Shown: one piece after another, positions 1 through 7,974 of the stretch
How the letters are laid out: each line of letters opens with the position of its first letter
Numbering within the stretch: position 1 is the first letter of the stretch
Source: a virus
Lineage: Duplodnaviria; Caudoviricetes
Direction: 5' to 3' (one strand)
IMG/VR virus record: IMGVR_UViG_3300034160_000067
Span: 1-55,232 of that record
DNA length: 55,232 bases
Program-made: the position numbers and the translations under genes
Notes under the pieces: generated by a model
Seen by the model: only the letters and a program-made list of their open reading frames with translations
Databases searched by the model: none
Told to the model about the DNA's origin: nothing

Positions 1-276
1 CTTCCACTGATCGACGGGCTGCGTGGTCGAGCGCAGCCAGAACCTGCCGCTGAGGTTCACGAGGTCGAGCCGCTCCTCGAAGCTGAACATCACCTCGAAG
101 GTCTGGCTCGCGACCGTGACCTGATGACCCATGCGCGGCAGGCGCAGCGGGCCGGCCACCAGCGCGGCCTCCCGCTTGCCGATCCGCACCATGTGCGTGG
201 CGCCGAAGTTCTCCATCTCGTTGGCGGGCAGCACGCCCTCCAGCTCGCGCAGGCGGATGCAATGTTCGCGTGACAT
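1..276 (-). CDS. Hypothetical protein, truncated by the window edge
   Basis: ATG at 276 with GGGAG upstream; open frame MSREHCIRLRELEGVLPANEM... with high GC3 runs off position 1 (not in ORF track). Confidence 0.75.
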   Translation of the reverse strand, partial: MSREHCIRLRELEGVLPANEMENFGATHMVRIGKREAALVAGPLRLPRMGHQVTVASQTFEVMFSFEERLDLVNLSGRFWLRSTTQPVDQWK

Positions 277-277
277 C

Positions 278-490
278 TCAATCTCCCGTTGATTCGTAGA
301 CCAGCTCAGCGCGGGTCGAGTAGCCGCCGTGCCCGGCCAACAGCAGGCGGATGGTCTCCTTGCTGATCTCGACATCGAGCATCAGGACCGAGCCCTTGAT
401 GTGGGATGCGACCGCGATCGCCGCGCCCTTGCGCGTGCTGCAGTCCTGCACCTCTCCCTGTGCGTCCTTCACCAAGTAGAAATTCGTCAT
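278..490 (-). CDS. Hypothetical protein (70 aa)
   Basis: Part of ORF 278..583; AGGAG RBS suits ATG at 490 (MTNFYLVKD...). Confidence 0.7.
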   Translation of the reverse strand: MTNFYLVKDAQGEVQDCSTRKGAAIAVASHIKGSVLMLDVEISKETIRLLLAGHGGYSTRAELVYESTGD

Positions 491-589
491 GGTCGTCATC
501 TCCTGTTTCGTTGCCCGGGCCCGCACCGCGCGCTCCCAGAATGTGGGGGCCCTAGGCTCGCGCCCTGTTGTAGGCCCTGACACCCTGCC

Positions 590-619
590 TTTGTATGCCT
601 GTCACCACATGCCTGTCAA
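590..619 (-). promoter_or_regulatory. Leftward sigma70-like promoter
   Basis: TTGACA-18-TACAAA on minus strand; contains direct repeat ATGCCTGTCA (595-604, 609-618); -35 overlaps palindrome CAAC-N5-GTTG at 617-629. Confidence 0.6.
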
Positions 620-706
620 CTGTTTGTTGTGAACACTACTTCAAGGATTTCCCTTACCACAGATACTTTGGTCATGTATGTACGCCACGCCTTGTTACGC
701 AAATTT

Positions 707-731
707 AATCCTGATACGTTTGATCAGGATT
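707..731. repeat. Perfect 9-bp inverted repeat between divergent promoters
   Basis: AATCCTGAT-acgtttg-ATCAGGATT in an AT-rich intergenic region. Confidence 0.7.
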
Positions 732-771
732 CGACGGACTGTATGTCCGGCCATGCTCCCGCAACAAAAAG

Positions 772-801
772 TTGACAAGCTAAAAACCCTTCCTGTATGT
801 T
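772..801 (+). promoter_or_regulatory. Rightward sigma70-like early promoter
   Basis: TTGACA-18-TATGTT, then AGGAG and ATG; -35 overlaps CAACAAAAAGTTG (762-774). Confidence 0.7.
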
Positions 802-825
802 CGGTAGCACGCTTAGGAGATGACG

Positions 826-1113
826 ATGTCAAAAGAGAAACCCTTGGAAGCCCGCTTTATGCCCGGATCGCTGGCGTGGCGCCTCGCGATGCTGAACACG
901 GGGGACACCATCGCGGAACCCCGGCGCATGGAGCGCAAGGAGCTGAAGGACTACGACCGCGCCGCCGAGCACCGCCGGCTGGAGTCGATCGTCAACGTCA
1001 GCATCGCCCGCGTGGCGGCCAAGCAAGGCAAGACGTTCCAGACCGAGCGCTGCGCGACAGTGACCGCGCAGGGAGACGTGATTCTGCTGTGCGTGGTGAC
1101 ACGTACGGCCTAA
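826..1113 (+). CDS. Hypothetical protein
   Basis: ORF 820..1113; AGGAG at 815-819 favours ATG 826; phage-like codon usage. Confidence 0.75.
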   Translation: MSKEKPLEARFMPGSLAWRLAMLNTGDTIAEPRRMERKELKDYDRAAEHRRLESIVNVSIARVAAKQGKTFQTERCATVTAQGDVILLCVVTRTA

Positions 1114-1164
1114 CAGGCTTCGCCTGACAGTCAACCGAACAATGTAAAATCAACGGAGAGTGGG

Positions 1165-1440
1165 ATGACGACGAACGCACAAGCTGAAGTGATTGGACCC
1201 GGGATGACCCCCGCGCAGCTGCTGCGCGTGTGGGCGGGCAAGCTGGTCGAGATGGCCGACGCGCTCGACGCGGGGAAGCTCAAGGACTGCTGCGGCGCAG
1301 GCGAGATCGCGCTGTACGACGACGGCCAGTACCGCATCGACATCGAGATGCACCTGATCCCTCCCGACATGCCCACGAAGGACGAGCGCCTCAAGCAGTT
1401 CGTGTTGGCCCTGATGCCCGCTGAAGGCGGGAAACAGTAG
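1165..1440 (+). CDS. Hypothetical protein
   Basis: GGAG RBS, high GC3, 91 aa. Confidence 0.75.
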   Translation: MTTNAQAEVIGPGMTPAQLLRVWAGKLVEMADALDAGKLKDCCGAGEIALYDDGQYRIDIEMHLIPPDMPTKDERLKQFVLALMPAEGGKQ

Positions 1441-1453
1441 CTCCAGAATGTTC

Positions 1454-1490
1454 GGCCCCTGAGGCTCGCTTCGGCGGGCCTCTGCGGGCC
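1454..1490 (+). other. Stable RNA hairpin with C(UUCG)G tetraloop (processing site or weak terminator)
   Basis: GAGGCTCGC-TTCG-GCGGGCCTC with outer GGCCC/GGGCC pairing; intergenic; no U-tract. Confidence 0.55.
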
Positions 1491-1521
1491 GGCGACTCAA
1501 CCGAAACGAGAGTTCACCACT

Positions 1522-2136
1522 ATGAAATGGCCGAAGATCATCGGAATCGCGGGCGCTGCCGGCAGCGGCAAGGACACCTGCGCACAGCAGCTGCACGACT
1601 ACTACCGCTACGAGATCCGCGCGTTCGCGACACCCATCAAGGTGCTGTTGAACCAGCGGTTCGGGTGGACGATGGAGCAGTGGGAGGATCGCGCGTGGAA
1701 GGAGCGCCCGGACCCGGCACACGGCACGGCGTTCGTGCAGCACAGCGTGGACACCGTGACGGGTCCGTTCTCGGTCGGCTATCACGACCCGATGAGCCCG
1801 CGCAGCTGGGCCCAGTGGCTGGGCACCGAGGCCTTCCGCGAGCTGGCGGGCATGGACTTCTGGGCGAAGCGATTGATCAACCAGTGGGCCGCCGACAGCT
1901 TCCCTGAGATCGTGATCCCTGACGTGCGCTTCGACAACGAGGTCTACATGATCCGTCGACAGGGCGGGGTCGTGCTCTACCTGCAGCGCGACGCGGCGCA
2001 GTCCATCGAGGCCCACGTCTCTGAGCGCGCGCTCAACATCAACGGCGTCGACGCCGTGATCGACAACAACGGGCCGATCGAGAGCCTGCGCCTGCGCGTG
2101 CTCTCCGCGCTCCTCGATCTGGAGGCCGCCAAATGA
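1522..2136 (+). CDS. Deoxynucleoside monophosphate kinase (T4 gp1-like)
   Basis: IIGIAGAAGSGKDT P-loop, FATPIK, PRSWAQWLGTE, IPDVRFDNE, HVSE, IDNNG motifs. Confidence 0.92.
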   Translation: MKWPKIIGIAGAAGSGKDTCAQQLHDYYRYEIRAFATPIKVLLNQRFGWTMEQWEDRAWKERPDPAHGTAFVQHSVDTVTGPFSVGYHDPMSPRSWAQWLGTEAFRELAGMDFWAKRLINQWAADSFPEIVIPDVRFDNEVYMIRRQGGVVLYLQRDAAQSIEAHVSERALNINGVDAVIDNNGPIESLRLRVLSALLDLEAAK

Positions 2137-2327
2137 AGAACATCGACGGCTTCAGCTACCTGCACTACAAGAGCGTCACCAAAACCCGCGCGGAGTGGCG
2201 CGAGCTGGTCGGCCAGTACCGTCGCCGCGTCGATGCGGGCACGACGTACCTGCACGACCTGAAGACCGGTTGGTTGGTGTACGAGATCTACGCCGTGATC
2301 GCGGAGGCGAAAGCACATGCGAAGTGA
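2133..2327 (+). CDS. Hypothetical protein
   Basis: ATGA overlap with kinase stop; GGAGG RBS. Confidence 0.75.
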   Translation: MKNIDGFSYLHYKSVTKTRAEWRELVGQYRRRVDAGTTYLHDLKTGWLVYEIYAVIAEAKAHAK

Positions 2328-2335
2328 GAACTCAC

Positions 2336-2599
2336 ATGCCAACTAAGCAGCGCGCCACGAGAGAGCACCGCAAACGCTACGAGCGCGCGGTGGCCTTCGC
2401 CAACAAGTATCAGGCCCGCCCGGGCTGGGAGACCGCGCCGCGCCTGCCGGTGGTGCTGGGCTTCCTCGAAGGCTATCGGCAGGCCGTGAAGGACCAGCGC
2501 AACGCGCGCGATCGTGCGCGCCGCGCGGAGCGACGGAAGCTCCACCCGATGCTCGCCGTCGCGCGAATCGTTACGCGGGAGTACGACGGCAATGAGTAG
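2336..2599 (+). CDS. Hypothetical basic protein
   Basis: 3' part of ORF 2195..2599 (MPTKQRATRE...), fits operon tiling. Confidence 0.65.
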   Translation: MPTKQRATREHRKRYERAVAFANKYQARPGWETAPRLPVVLGFLEGYRQAVKDQRNARDRARRAERRKLHPMLAVARIVTREYDGNE

Positions 2600-2828
2600 G
2601 TTCAACGCGCTTTACCTCGGCGAGCCCGGCGTGGCGATCAACCTGCTGGAGCACGGCGAGGGTGATCACCTGCAGGAAGTCAGCTTCGATGACCTGCGCC
2701 TCGCCCTGATCAACGCGCTGCGTCGCATCGAGCGCGCCGCCGCGGACAACCACCGACTGCAGGAGCGCGTCGCCGCTCTGGAAATCAACCGTTCAATGAC
2801 TCGACAACCGAAGGAGCACTCACGATGA
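2592..2828 (+). CDS. Hypothetical protein with C-terminal coiled coil
   Basis: MSRFNALYLGE... within ORF 2514..2828; GGGAG upstream; overlaps both neighbours. Confidence 0.7.
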   Translation: MSRFNALYLGEPGVAINLLEHGEGDHLQEVSFDDLRLALINALRRIERAAADNHRLQERVAALEINRSMTRQPKEHSR

Positions 2829-3127
2829 CCGACGACAAGAAGCCCCGGCGCGATCCGATCGACCCGGCACGACTCCCCATCGAGATCGGCCTGCCGATCC
2901 CGCCGCGCAAGCTCGTCTCTCCCGGCTCGCGCTGGGTACCGAAGCTGCAGAAGCTCGAAGTGGGCGAGTCTTTCAAGATCCCCGAGCGCACGCCCGCACA
3001 GGTCGCGTACATCCGCCGCATCGGCAAGGGCGTCGACTGCCCGGTGACGATGCGCGCTGTGAACGCGCACGACGAGGACGACGGCGTCTGGGGCACGCGC
3101 ATCTGGCGCGTCGACGACACGCTGTAA
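2825..3127 (+). CDS. Hypothetical protein, possibly DNA-binding
   Basis: AAGGAG RBS; IEIGLPIP...LEVGESF...TRIWRV pattern typical of a small phage family. Confidence 0.75.
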   Translation: MTDDKKPRRDPIDPARLPIEIGLPIPPRKLVSPGSRWVPKLQKLEVGESFKIPERTPAQVAYIRRIGKGVDCPVTMRAVNAHDEDDGVWGTRIWRVDDTL

Positions 3128-3137
3128 GGGGGCTGCC

Positions 3138-3392
3138 ATGAACAAGACCCTCGCACGCATCGCCGTTGCGTTGTTCAGCCTCGGCGCGCTGTACGGCGCC
3201 ACGCAGCTCATGGAGTTCTTGGCGCGCTACGCCGTGCGCCTTTTCGATAGCACCAGCAGCGTCGAGCATGTAGTCGCCCTGCTGCTGGTGCTCCTCGCAG
3301 GGGCGCTTCCGTCGATGACGGGCTTCGTCAGCTACGCGGCGTGGCTCTCCACGTTCGACGACGCGGTTCCTGAGTACGAGGACTACGAATGA
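3138..3392 (+). CDS. Small membrane protein (2 hydrophobic segments)
   Basis: IAVALFSLGALYGA and VVALLLVLLAGALPSMTGFVSYAAWL. Confidence 0.7.
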   Translation: MNKTLARIAVALFSLGALYGATQLMEFLARYAVRLFDSTSSVEHVVALLLVLLAGALPSMTGFVSYAAWLSTFDDAVPEYEDYE

Positions 3393-3577
3393 TCCTCTCG
3401 GCCCTCACGCCGCTGGAGCTGGTGAAATACGCGCGCACCGCACCGGCCCGCACGGAGCTGCTCGAAGAGCTGATCAATCGGCTCGAAGACGTGGCCCACA
3501 TGAACGCGCGCTACTGCAAGACCATCGACGATCTCGAAATCAAACTCGCCGACACGAACTGGAGAAACTCACGATGA
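3389..3577 (+). CDS. Hypothetical protein
   Basis: ATGA overlap, GAGG RBS. Confidence 0.7.
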   Translation: MILSALTPLELVKYARTAPARTELLEELINRLEDVAHMNARYCKTIDDLEIKLADTNWRNSR

Positions 3578-3696
3578 AATACCTGATCACGATCCTCCGA
3601 GAATGTTTCGGCCATGGGGCCGAGTACCTCCCGCCGCCCGTGCAGGACCCGCGCGACACGGTCGCCGCGTTCCGCCGTTACATGTCGAATCGCTAG
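3574..3696 (+). CDS. Hypothetical 40-aa protein
   Basis: MKYLITILRECFGHG...; GGAG RBS, ATGA overlap; fills the gap exactly (below ORF-track cutoff). Confidence 0.55.
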   Translation: MKYLITILRECFGHGAEYLPPPVQDPRDTVAAFRRYMSNR

Positions 3697-3705
3697 GAGC
3701 CCGAG

Positions 3706-3960
3706 ATGAAAAAGAAACCACTGACGGATCCGATCAACCTGCAGCCGCCGAAGGACTGCGAGCACACCGGCAAGATGCAGGTGAGCAAGGCGAAGTTCGG
3801 CAAGGGCGAGCGGCAGGTCGAGCGCGTCATCGCGGTGTCGGTCCTGTGGCGCCAGCTGTGGCCCAGCCGCTCGAAGTACGTGCCGCACCTCGGCAAGCAT
3901 CAGGCGGGCTCGGTGGCGAAGCGCGAGCAGCTCGCGTCGATTCGGGAGGCACGGACATGA
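3706..3960 (+). CDS. Hypothetical protein
   Basis: AGGAG RBS, 84 aa, SRSKYVPHLGK motif. Confidence 0.75.
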   Translation: MKKKPLTDPINLQPPKDCEHTGKMQVSKAKFGKGERQVERVIAVSVLWRQLWPSRSKYVPHLGKHQAGSVAKREQLASIREART

Positions 3961-4232
3961 TGGCGCAGCAGCAGACGATCTTCGAGAAGGCCGTCGAGGC
4001 CGACGCGCTGAACCACAGGCGCTTCCTGATCATCCGGGCGCAGGCGGAGCACCGGGGCTCCGTGCGCGAGGACGAGTTCAGCATCGAGGCCCCGTGGTGC
4101 CGCGAGCAGGTGCTGCTCAAGGAGCTGGAGAACGCGCGGATCGAGGCCGCCGTGCTCGAAGCCCGCATGATCATGGCCCATCGGCAGGCGCAGACGCTGC
4201 AGGAGATGCTGACCACCTCTCGGACAAAGTAG
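3957..4232 (+). CDS. Hypothetical protein
   Basis: MMAQQQTIFEK... in ORF 3603..4232; GGAGG RBS and ATGA overlap. Confidence 0.75.
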   Translation: MMAQQQTIFEKAVEADALNHRRFLIIRAQAEHRGSVREDEFSIEAPWCREQVLLKELENARIEAAVLEARMIMAHRQAQTLQEMLTTSRTK

Positions 4233-4279
4233 GGCTTGACGGCCCATAGGGTGCTGTGGCCTAATGCTCCCACACTGAA
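4221..4279 (+). promoter_or_regulatory. Palindromic promoter repeat, copy 1
   Basis: CGGACAAA-g-TAGGGCTTGACGGCCCATAGGGTGCTGTGGCCTA-atgctCCCACACTGAA; TTGACG-18-CCTAAT. Confidence 0.75.
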
Positions 4280-4293
4280 ACGGGAGACCTGCG

Positions 4294-5229
4294 ATGTGCA
4301 TGAACTGCGAAACGAACCTGAACGACTGGGGCTCACTGGAGTCGGAGTTCCTCAGCGGCGTGGACAGCAAGCCTGACTTCCTGTCGCACGCCGCGAACTT
4401 CGCCCAGAACGCCCCGGCGCCCTTCCGCGCCGAGAAGGTGAAGCGCCCGGTCCGCACGGAGCCCTGCGGCCGCTGCGGCGGCTCGGGCGTCTTCCGCCCG
4501 TTCGGCACCTGCTTCAAGTGCAACGGCACCCGGGTGCAGCGCGCGAAGATTCAGGACGTGAGCCCGGAGGGCGAGGCCCGCCGCGCGAAGCTGCACGAGC
4601 GCCGCATGGCGAAGGAAGCGCAGGAGCGCGCCGAGGCCGAGGCCCGCCGCCAGAGCCACTGGACGGCGTTCGCGTCGAGCTACGTGGCAGTCGCCCAGTG
4701 GATCGAGCGCGGCTGCTCGCAGGGCCGGGACTTCCCGCTGAGCCTGCGCGGTGGCGTCGAGAAGTTCGGCGGGCTGACCCCGAACCAGCTGGCCGCGGTC
4801 GAGCGGATCCTCGCGCAGGATGCGGAGAAGGCGAAGACTGCAGTGAACGTGGCTGGCGCGGGCTACGGCGCCCTCCTGAAGGCGTTCGCGAACGCGGTGG
4901 GCCACAAGCTCAAGTGGCCGAAGATCCGCGTGCAGGGCCTCGTATTCAGTCTGGCGGGCGCCAGCTCGGCGAACGCCGGCTGCCTCTACGTCAAGGCCGG
5001 CGAGACCTACATCGGCAAGGTGAGCCCGACGGGCCAGTTCTTCCGCGGCCGCGACTGCCGCACGGAAGACCTGCAGCTGGTCGAGCAGGTCGGCAAGGAC
5101 CCGCTGGCGGCGCTGGTCGCCCACGGCCACCAGACTGGCAGCTGCGGGATCTGCGGCCGCGAGCTGACGGACCCGACCAGCGTCGAGCGGGGCATCAGCC
5201 CGATCTGCGCTGAGAAGTACGGCTTCTGA
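4294..5229 (+). CDS. Zinc-finger protein: DnaJ-type CxxCxGxG motifs plus C-terminal DUF6011-like domain
   Basis: CGRCGGSG, CFKCNGT, and GSCGICGRELTDPTSVERGISPICAEK. Confidence 0.85.
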   Translation: MCMNCETNLNDWGSLESEFLSGVDSKPDFLSHAANFAQNAPAPFRAEKVKRPVRTEPCGRCGGSGVFRPFGTCFKCNGTRVQRAKIQDVSPEGEARRAKLHERRMAKEAQERAEAEARRQSHWTAFASSYVAVAQWIERGCSQGRDFPLSLRGGVEKFGGLTPNQLAAVERILAQDAEKAKTAVNVAGAGYGALLKAFANAVGHKLKWPKIRVQGLVFSLAGASSANAGCLYVKAGETYIGKVSPTGQFFRGRDCRTEDLQLVEQVGKDPLAALVAHGHQTGSCGICGRELTDPTSVERGISPICAEKYGF

Positions 5230-5237
5230 CCAACACG

Positions 5238-5295
5238 CGGACAAACAGGCCTTGACGCCCCCTAGGGTGTCATGGCCTAATGTCCCCACACTGAA
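5238..5295 (+). promoter_or_regulatory. Palindromic promoter repeat, copy 2
   Basis: CGGACAAA-CAGGCCTTGACGCCCCCTAGGGTGTCATGGCCTA-atgtcCCCACACTGAA; TTGACG-18-CCTAAT. Confidence 0.8.
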
Positions 5296-5311
5296 TACGG
5301 AGATGACGAAC

Positions 5312-5695
5312 ATGGCAACGAAGAAATGGGCAAAGGTCCCCGACCTCGCGATCGACAAGATCCTGTACCCGAAGTTCGGCGTCAGCCCGCGGGGCAAGCT
5401 GGAGCGCCGCATCGTCGCGAACCTGATCGCGCACCTGAAGCGCGCGGGCTTCCGCCCCTACGAGGTCGACGACCGCGAGGAGGTGACCAAGGTCAAGGGC
5501 ACCAAGGACACCATGGAGCTGCTGTTCAACCTCGACGAGGCGTGGGTGTTCTTCACCAACGGAAGCTCGACCCACTGGGTGTACTTCACGATGGGCGAGG
5601 GCACCACGATGATCTGCGACCACAGCTTCACCGAGGGCGACCCGGATGGCTTCCTCGCCGCGATGGACGCCTTCGAGGCGGAAGACTACGCGTGA
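5312..5695 (+). CDS. Hypothetical protein
   Basis: MATKKWAKVP... in ORF 5252..5695; GGAG RBS; strong codon bias. Confidence 0.8.
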   Translation: MATKKWAKVPDLAIDKILYPKFGVSPRGKLERRIVANLIAHLKRAGFRPYEVDDREEVTKVKGTKDTMELLFNLDEAWVFFTNGSSTHWVYFTMGEGTTMICDHSFTEGDPDGFLAAMDAFEAEDYA

Positions 5696-5703
5696 CCATC
5701 TGA

Positions 5704-5747
5704 CGGACAAATAGGCCTTGACGCCCACTAGGGCGCCATGGCCTAAT
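5704..5747 (+). promoter_or_regulatory. Palindromic promoter repeat, copy 3
   Basis: CGGACAAA-TAGGCCTTGACGCCCACTAGGGCGCCATGGCCTA-at; TTGACG-18-CCTAAT. Confidence 0.8.
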
Positions 5748-5781
5748 AGCACCGTCGATTCACCCAACGGAGATAACGAAC

Positions 5782-6041
5782 ATGATTGATGTAACGAACG
5801 TGTACGCTACTGCGACCCACACCCCGGGGCCTTGGAAGGTGACGCGCCGCGCTGGCGGCTGGTCGGTCACCGCAGCAGGGGACACGATCAAAAGGATCAC
5901 CCGGAGTGGGTCTGGTCGCTGCAGGGCGACTGGTACGATCGCGAGACCGGACGCGTGATCGCTTATTTCGGCGACCCCGTCAGGCCCCAACTCGCATACG
6001 AATTTTCGTGGCGCAACCTTCACACCGAGGAACCAGCATGA
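5782..6041 (+). CDS. Hypothetical coding region split over two frames (frameshifted or dual-coded)
   Basis: RBS and ATG 5782 give a 58-aa HTPGPW-motif ORF ending 5958; the -1 frame is open 5790-6041 and ends in an ATGA overlap with the next gene. Confidence 0.45.
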
Positions 6042-6211
6042 CCGCACGACAACTTCAGAAACTGCTCGACGACGCCGGGCTCAGCCAGCGCGGCGCCGCG
6101 AAGCAGATCGGCATCCACGAACGCACGATGCGCAAGTACATCGCCGACGAGATGGTGATCCCGCTCACCGTCGAGTACGCGCTGCGCTGGATCGTGAGCC
6201 AGATCAAGTGA
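6038..6211 (+). CDS. Small XRE-type helix-turn-helix protein
   Basis: MTARQLQKLLDDAGLSQRGAAKQIGIHERTMRKY; GAGG RBS. Confidence 0.85.
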   Translation: MTARQLQKLLDDAGLSQRGAAKQIGIHERTMRKYIADEMVIPLTVEYALRWIVSQIK

Positions 6212-6303
6212 CTTCTACGGCACCGAAAAAATGCGGGCTGCATGCGACAAGCGGACCCGCAGGCTATGTCAGTAGCCCGGTGCCACTCTCTTCAGGAGCG
6301 ACC

Positions 6304-6654
6304 ATGAACGACGTGACCAAATTGCCGAAGTGGGCGCAGGAGCAGATGCGAAGCCTGACGCTCCAGCGCGACGCCGCCGTGCGCGAGCTGCGCACGTACA
6401 CCGACAACCAAACGATGTCAGCCTTCTTCACCCGAGACATGGTGTGCGACAAGGAAGGGGGCCCGACGATCTACCATCGCTACGTGCAGGCGCACGACAT
6501 GTGCGTCGAGCATCAAGGGGTGCATATGGACATCTACCTGCGCGATGACGGGATCAACATCCAGTACGGGATCATCGGCCGCGGCGGGCCGCTGGACGAC
6601 GTGATCCTGCAGCCGAAGTCGTTCCAGAACTTCACGCTGAAGTTGCCGGCGTGA
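6304..6654 (+). CDS. Hypothetical protein
   Basis: MNDVTKLPKWAQ... with AGGAG RBS, in ORF 6208..6654. Confidence 0.8.
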   Translation: MNDVTKLPKWAQEQMRSLTLQRDAAVRELRTYTDNQTMSAFFTRDMVCDKEGGPTIYHRYVQAHDMCVEHQGVHMDIYLRDDGINIQYGIIGRGGPLDDVILQPKSFQNFTLKLPA

Positions 6655-6971
6655 GCGGGCCCTGCGCAAAGCGCCGCGTGGCCTGCCTCATCAAGACGAA
6701 GGATGGGGTGCTCGCGAACGGCTCGAACAACTGCGAGAGCCCGCAGCCGGCGTGCCCGCGCGCCGAGGGCGAGGGCTACGAGAAGTGCGCGACGATCTGC
6801 CGGCAAGCCGGGCACGCCGAAGCGGTCGCGCTCGATCGCGCTCGCGAGATGGGGCTCGTCCTCAGCGGCGCGACCGCCTATCTCTACGGCCACTATCACG
6901 TTTGCCAAGAGTGCGCGAAGGCGCTGCGCGATGCCGGCGTCGAGCAGATCAACATCTTGGTGACGCCGTGA
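6651..6971 (+). CDS. dCMP/cytidine deaminase-family protein
   Basis: CAKRRV N-terminus, HAE and CQEC zinc motifs, GATAYLYG strand. Confidence 0.88.
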   Translation: MSGPCAKRRVACLIKTKDGVLANGSNNCESPQPACPRAEGEGYEKCATICRQAGHAEAVALDRAREMGLVLSGATAYLYGHYHVCQECAKALRDAGVEQINILVTP

Positions 6972-7144
6972 GTCGCGATCGCACGATCACGACCACGAAG
7001 AAACCGGAGCGCGTCTGCCCGACGTGCCGCGAGCCGGTGCTGAAGGTCATCAAAATGGGACAGTTGAGCTATATGTGCTCGAAGCATTGGGGCCCGTGGG
7101 ACGATGCCGTGCGAGCAGAGAGTAGCGGAGACGGTGCTCTATGA
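6968..7144 (+). CDS. Small zinc-ribbon protein
   Basis: GTG start in GTGA overlap; CPTC...CSKH. Confidence 0.6.
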   Translation: MSRDRTITTTKKPERVCPTCREPVLKVIKMGQLSYMCSKHWGPWDDAVRAESSGDGAL

Positions 7145-7332
7145 GACTCAAGAAGGCAGACATTGAGCGCGAGCGTAAGGCGTTCGAGAAGTGGGCCAAT
7201 AAGACTTGGCTCGCTGGCTGGGAGTTCGGTGGGGTGGGTCGCGCCTACTTTGCCCCCGAAGTGGATACCGCGTTTCAAGGCTGGCTCGCCCGCGCAAGAC
7301 TCGCGTCCAGCGCAGACGCACAACGGAAATGA
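7141..7332 (+). CDS. Hypothetical protein
   Basis: ATGA overlap; ERKAFEKWA...AFQGWLARA pattern common in small phage proteins. Confidence 0.75.
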   Translation: MRLKKADIERERKAFEKWANKTWLAGWEFGGVGRAYFAPEVDTAFQGWLARARLASSADAQRK

Positions 7333-7341
7333 GGTAACACT

Positions 7342-7524
7342 ATGACTGGCATTGATGCCGCGATGCGGCTTGCACTTCTAGGACTCTCCATTGCATTTTT
7401 CGTGGGCTTGCCACTTTCAATCGAATTTGAGGGCGAACGGTACGCGGGGGTTGCAGTGGTGCTCGGCTTGTTGTGCACGCTACCGTTGCTGGTCCGACTG
7501 GCCACGCTGGCGGTGTGGTCGTGA
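7342..7524 (+). CDS. Small 2-TM membrane protein
   Basis: GAGGT RBS; two hydrophobic segments. Confidence 0.65.
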   Translation: MTGIDAAMRLALLGLSIAFFVGLPLSIEFEGERYAGVAVVLGLLCTLPLLVRLATLAVWS

Positions 7525-7555
7525 GAGCATCTGTAGCCGTGGGAGAGGGGCGGAA

Positions 7556-7750
7556 ATGACGTTTAACAGCCGTTTACGCGATTCGCGAATCGAGAATGAC
7601 ATCTTCCAGCGAATCGAGGCGCGAAACCATGCGCTATGGGACGCGCTAGACACAACGAAGCCGGACGCCGAGCGGCGGGCTGCGCTGGATCGCGCATTCA
7701 GCGACGAGCCAGAGCGAGCAAAGGGAACCGTGGGAGAGGGGCGGAAATGA
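7556..7750 (+). CDS. Hypothetical cassette protein
   Basis: MTFNSRLRD...VGEGRK; start and stop both supplied by repeat A. Confidence 0.7.
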   Translation: MTFNSRLRDSRIENDIFQRIEARNHALWDALDTTKPDAERRAALDRAFSDEPERAKGTVGEGRK

Positions 7751-7974
7751 AGCCCGGCTTGCCGTATTCAATGCGAAGGCCGCGCGCTGCGAAGCCCATG
7801 CGCGGGCAGGGGACTGAGGGAGCGTGGTGGTACGTGGACCCGAATGGCATAGAGGTCTGGACGTACTCCGCACGCGCGGGCAGCCTTGGTTGCAGGCTGA
7901 CGTTCGCGCAGTTGCAGAAGGCGCTACAGGTCGCAAGAGCATCAGGCCACGTAGGAGAGGGTCGCAAGACATGA
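7747..7974 (+). CDS. Hypothetical cassette protein
   Basis: MKPGLPYSM...VGEGRKT; bounded by repeat A. Confidence 0.7.
   Translation: MKPGLPYSMRRPRAAKPMRGQGTEGAWWYVDPNGIEVWTYSARAGSLGCRLTFAQLQKALQVARASGHVGEGRKT

Larger units (their letters stand above)
7525..7974 (+). repeat. Gene-junction repeat family A (3 copies)
   Basis: 23-bp identical CCGTGGGAGAGGGGCGGAAATGA at 7537-7559 and 7728-7750, degenerate copy 7949-7974; each is preceded by GAGCA and a 7-nt gap. Confidence 0.85.
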
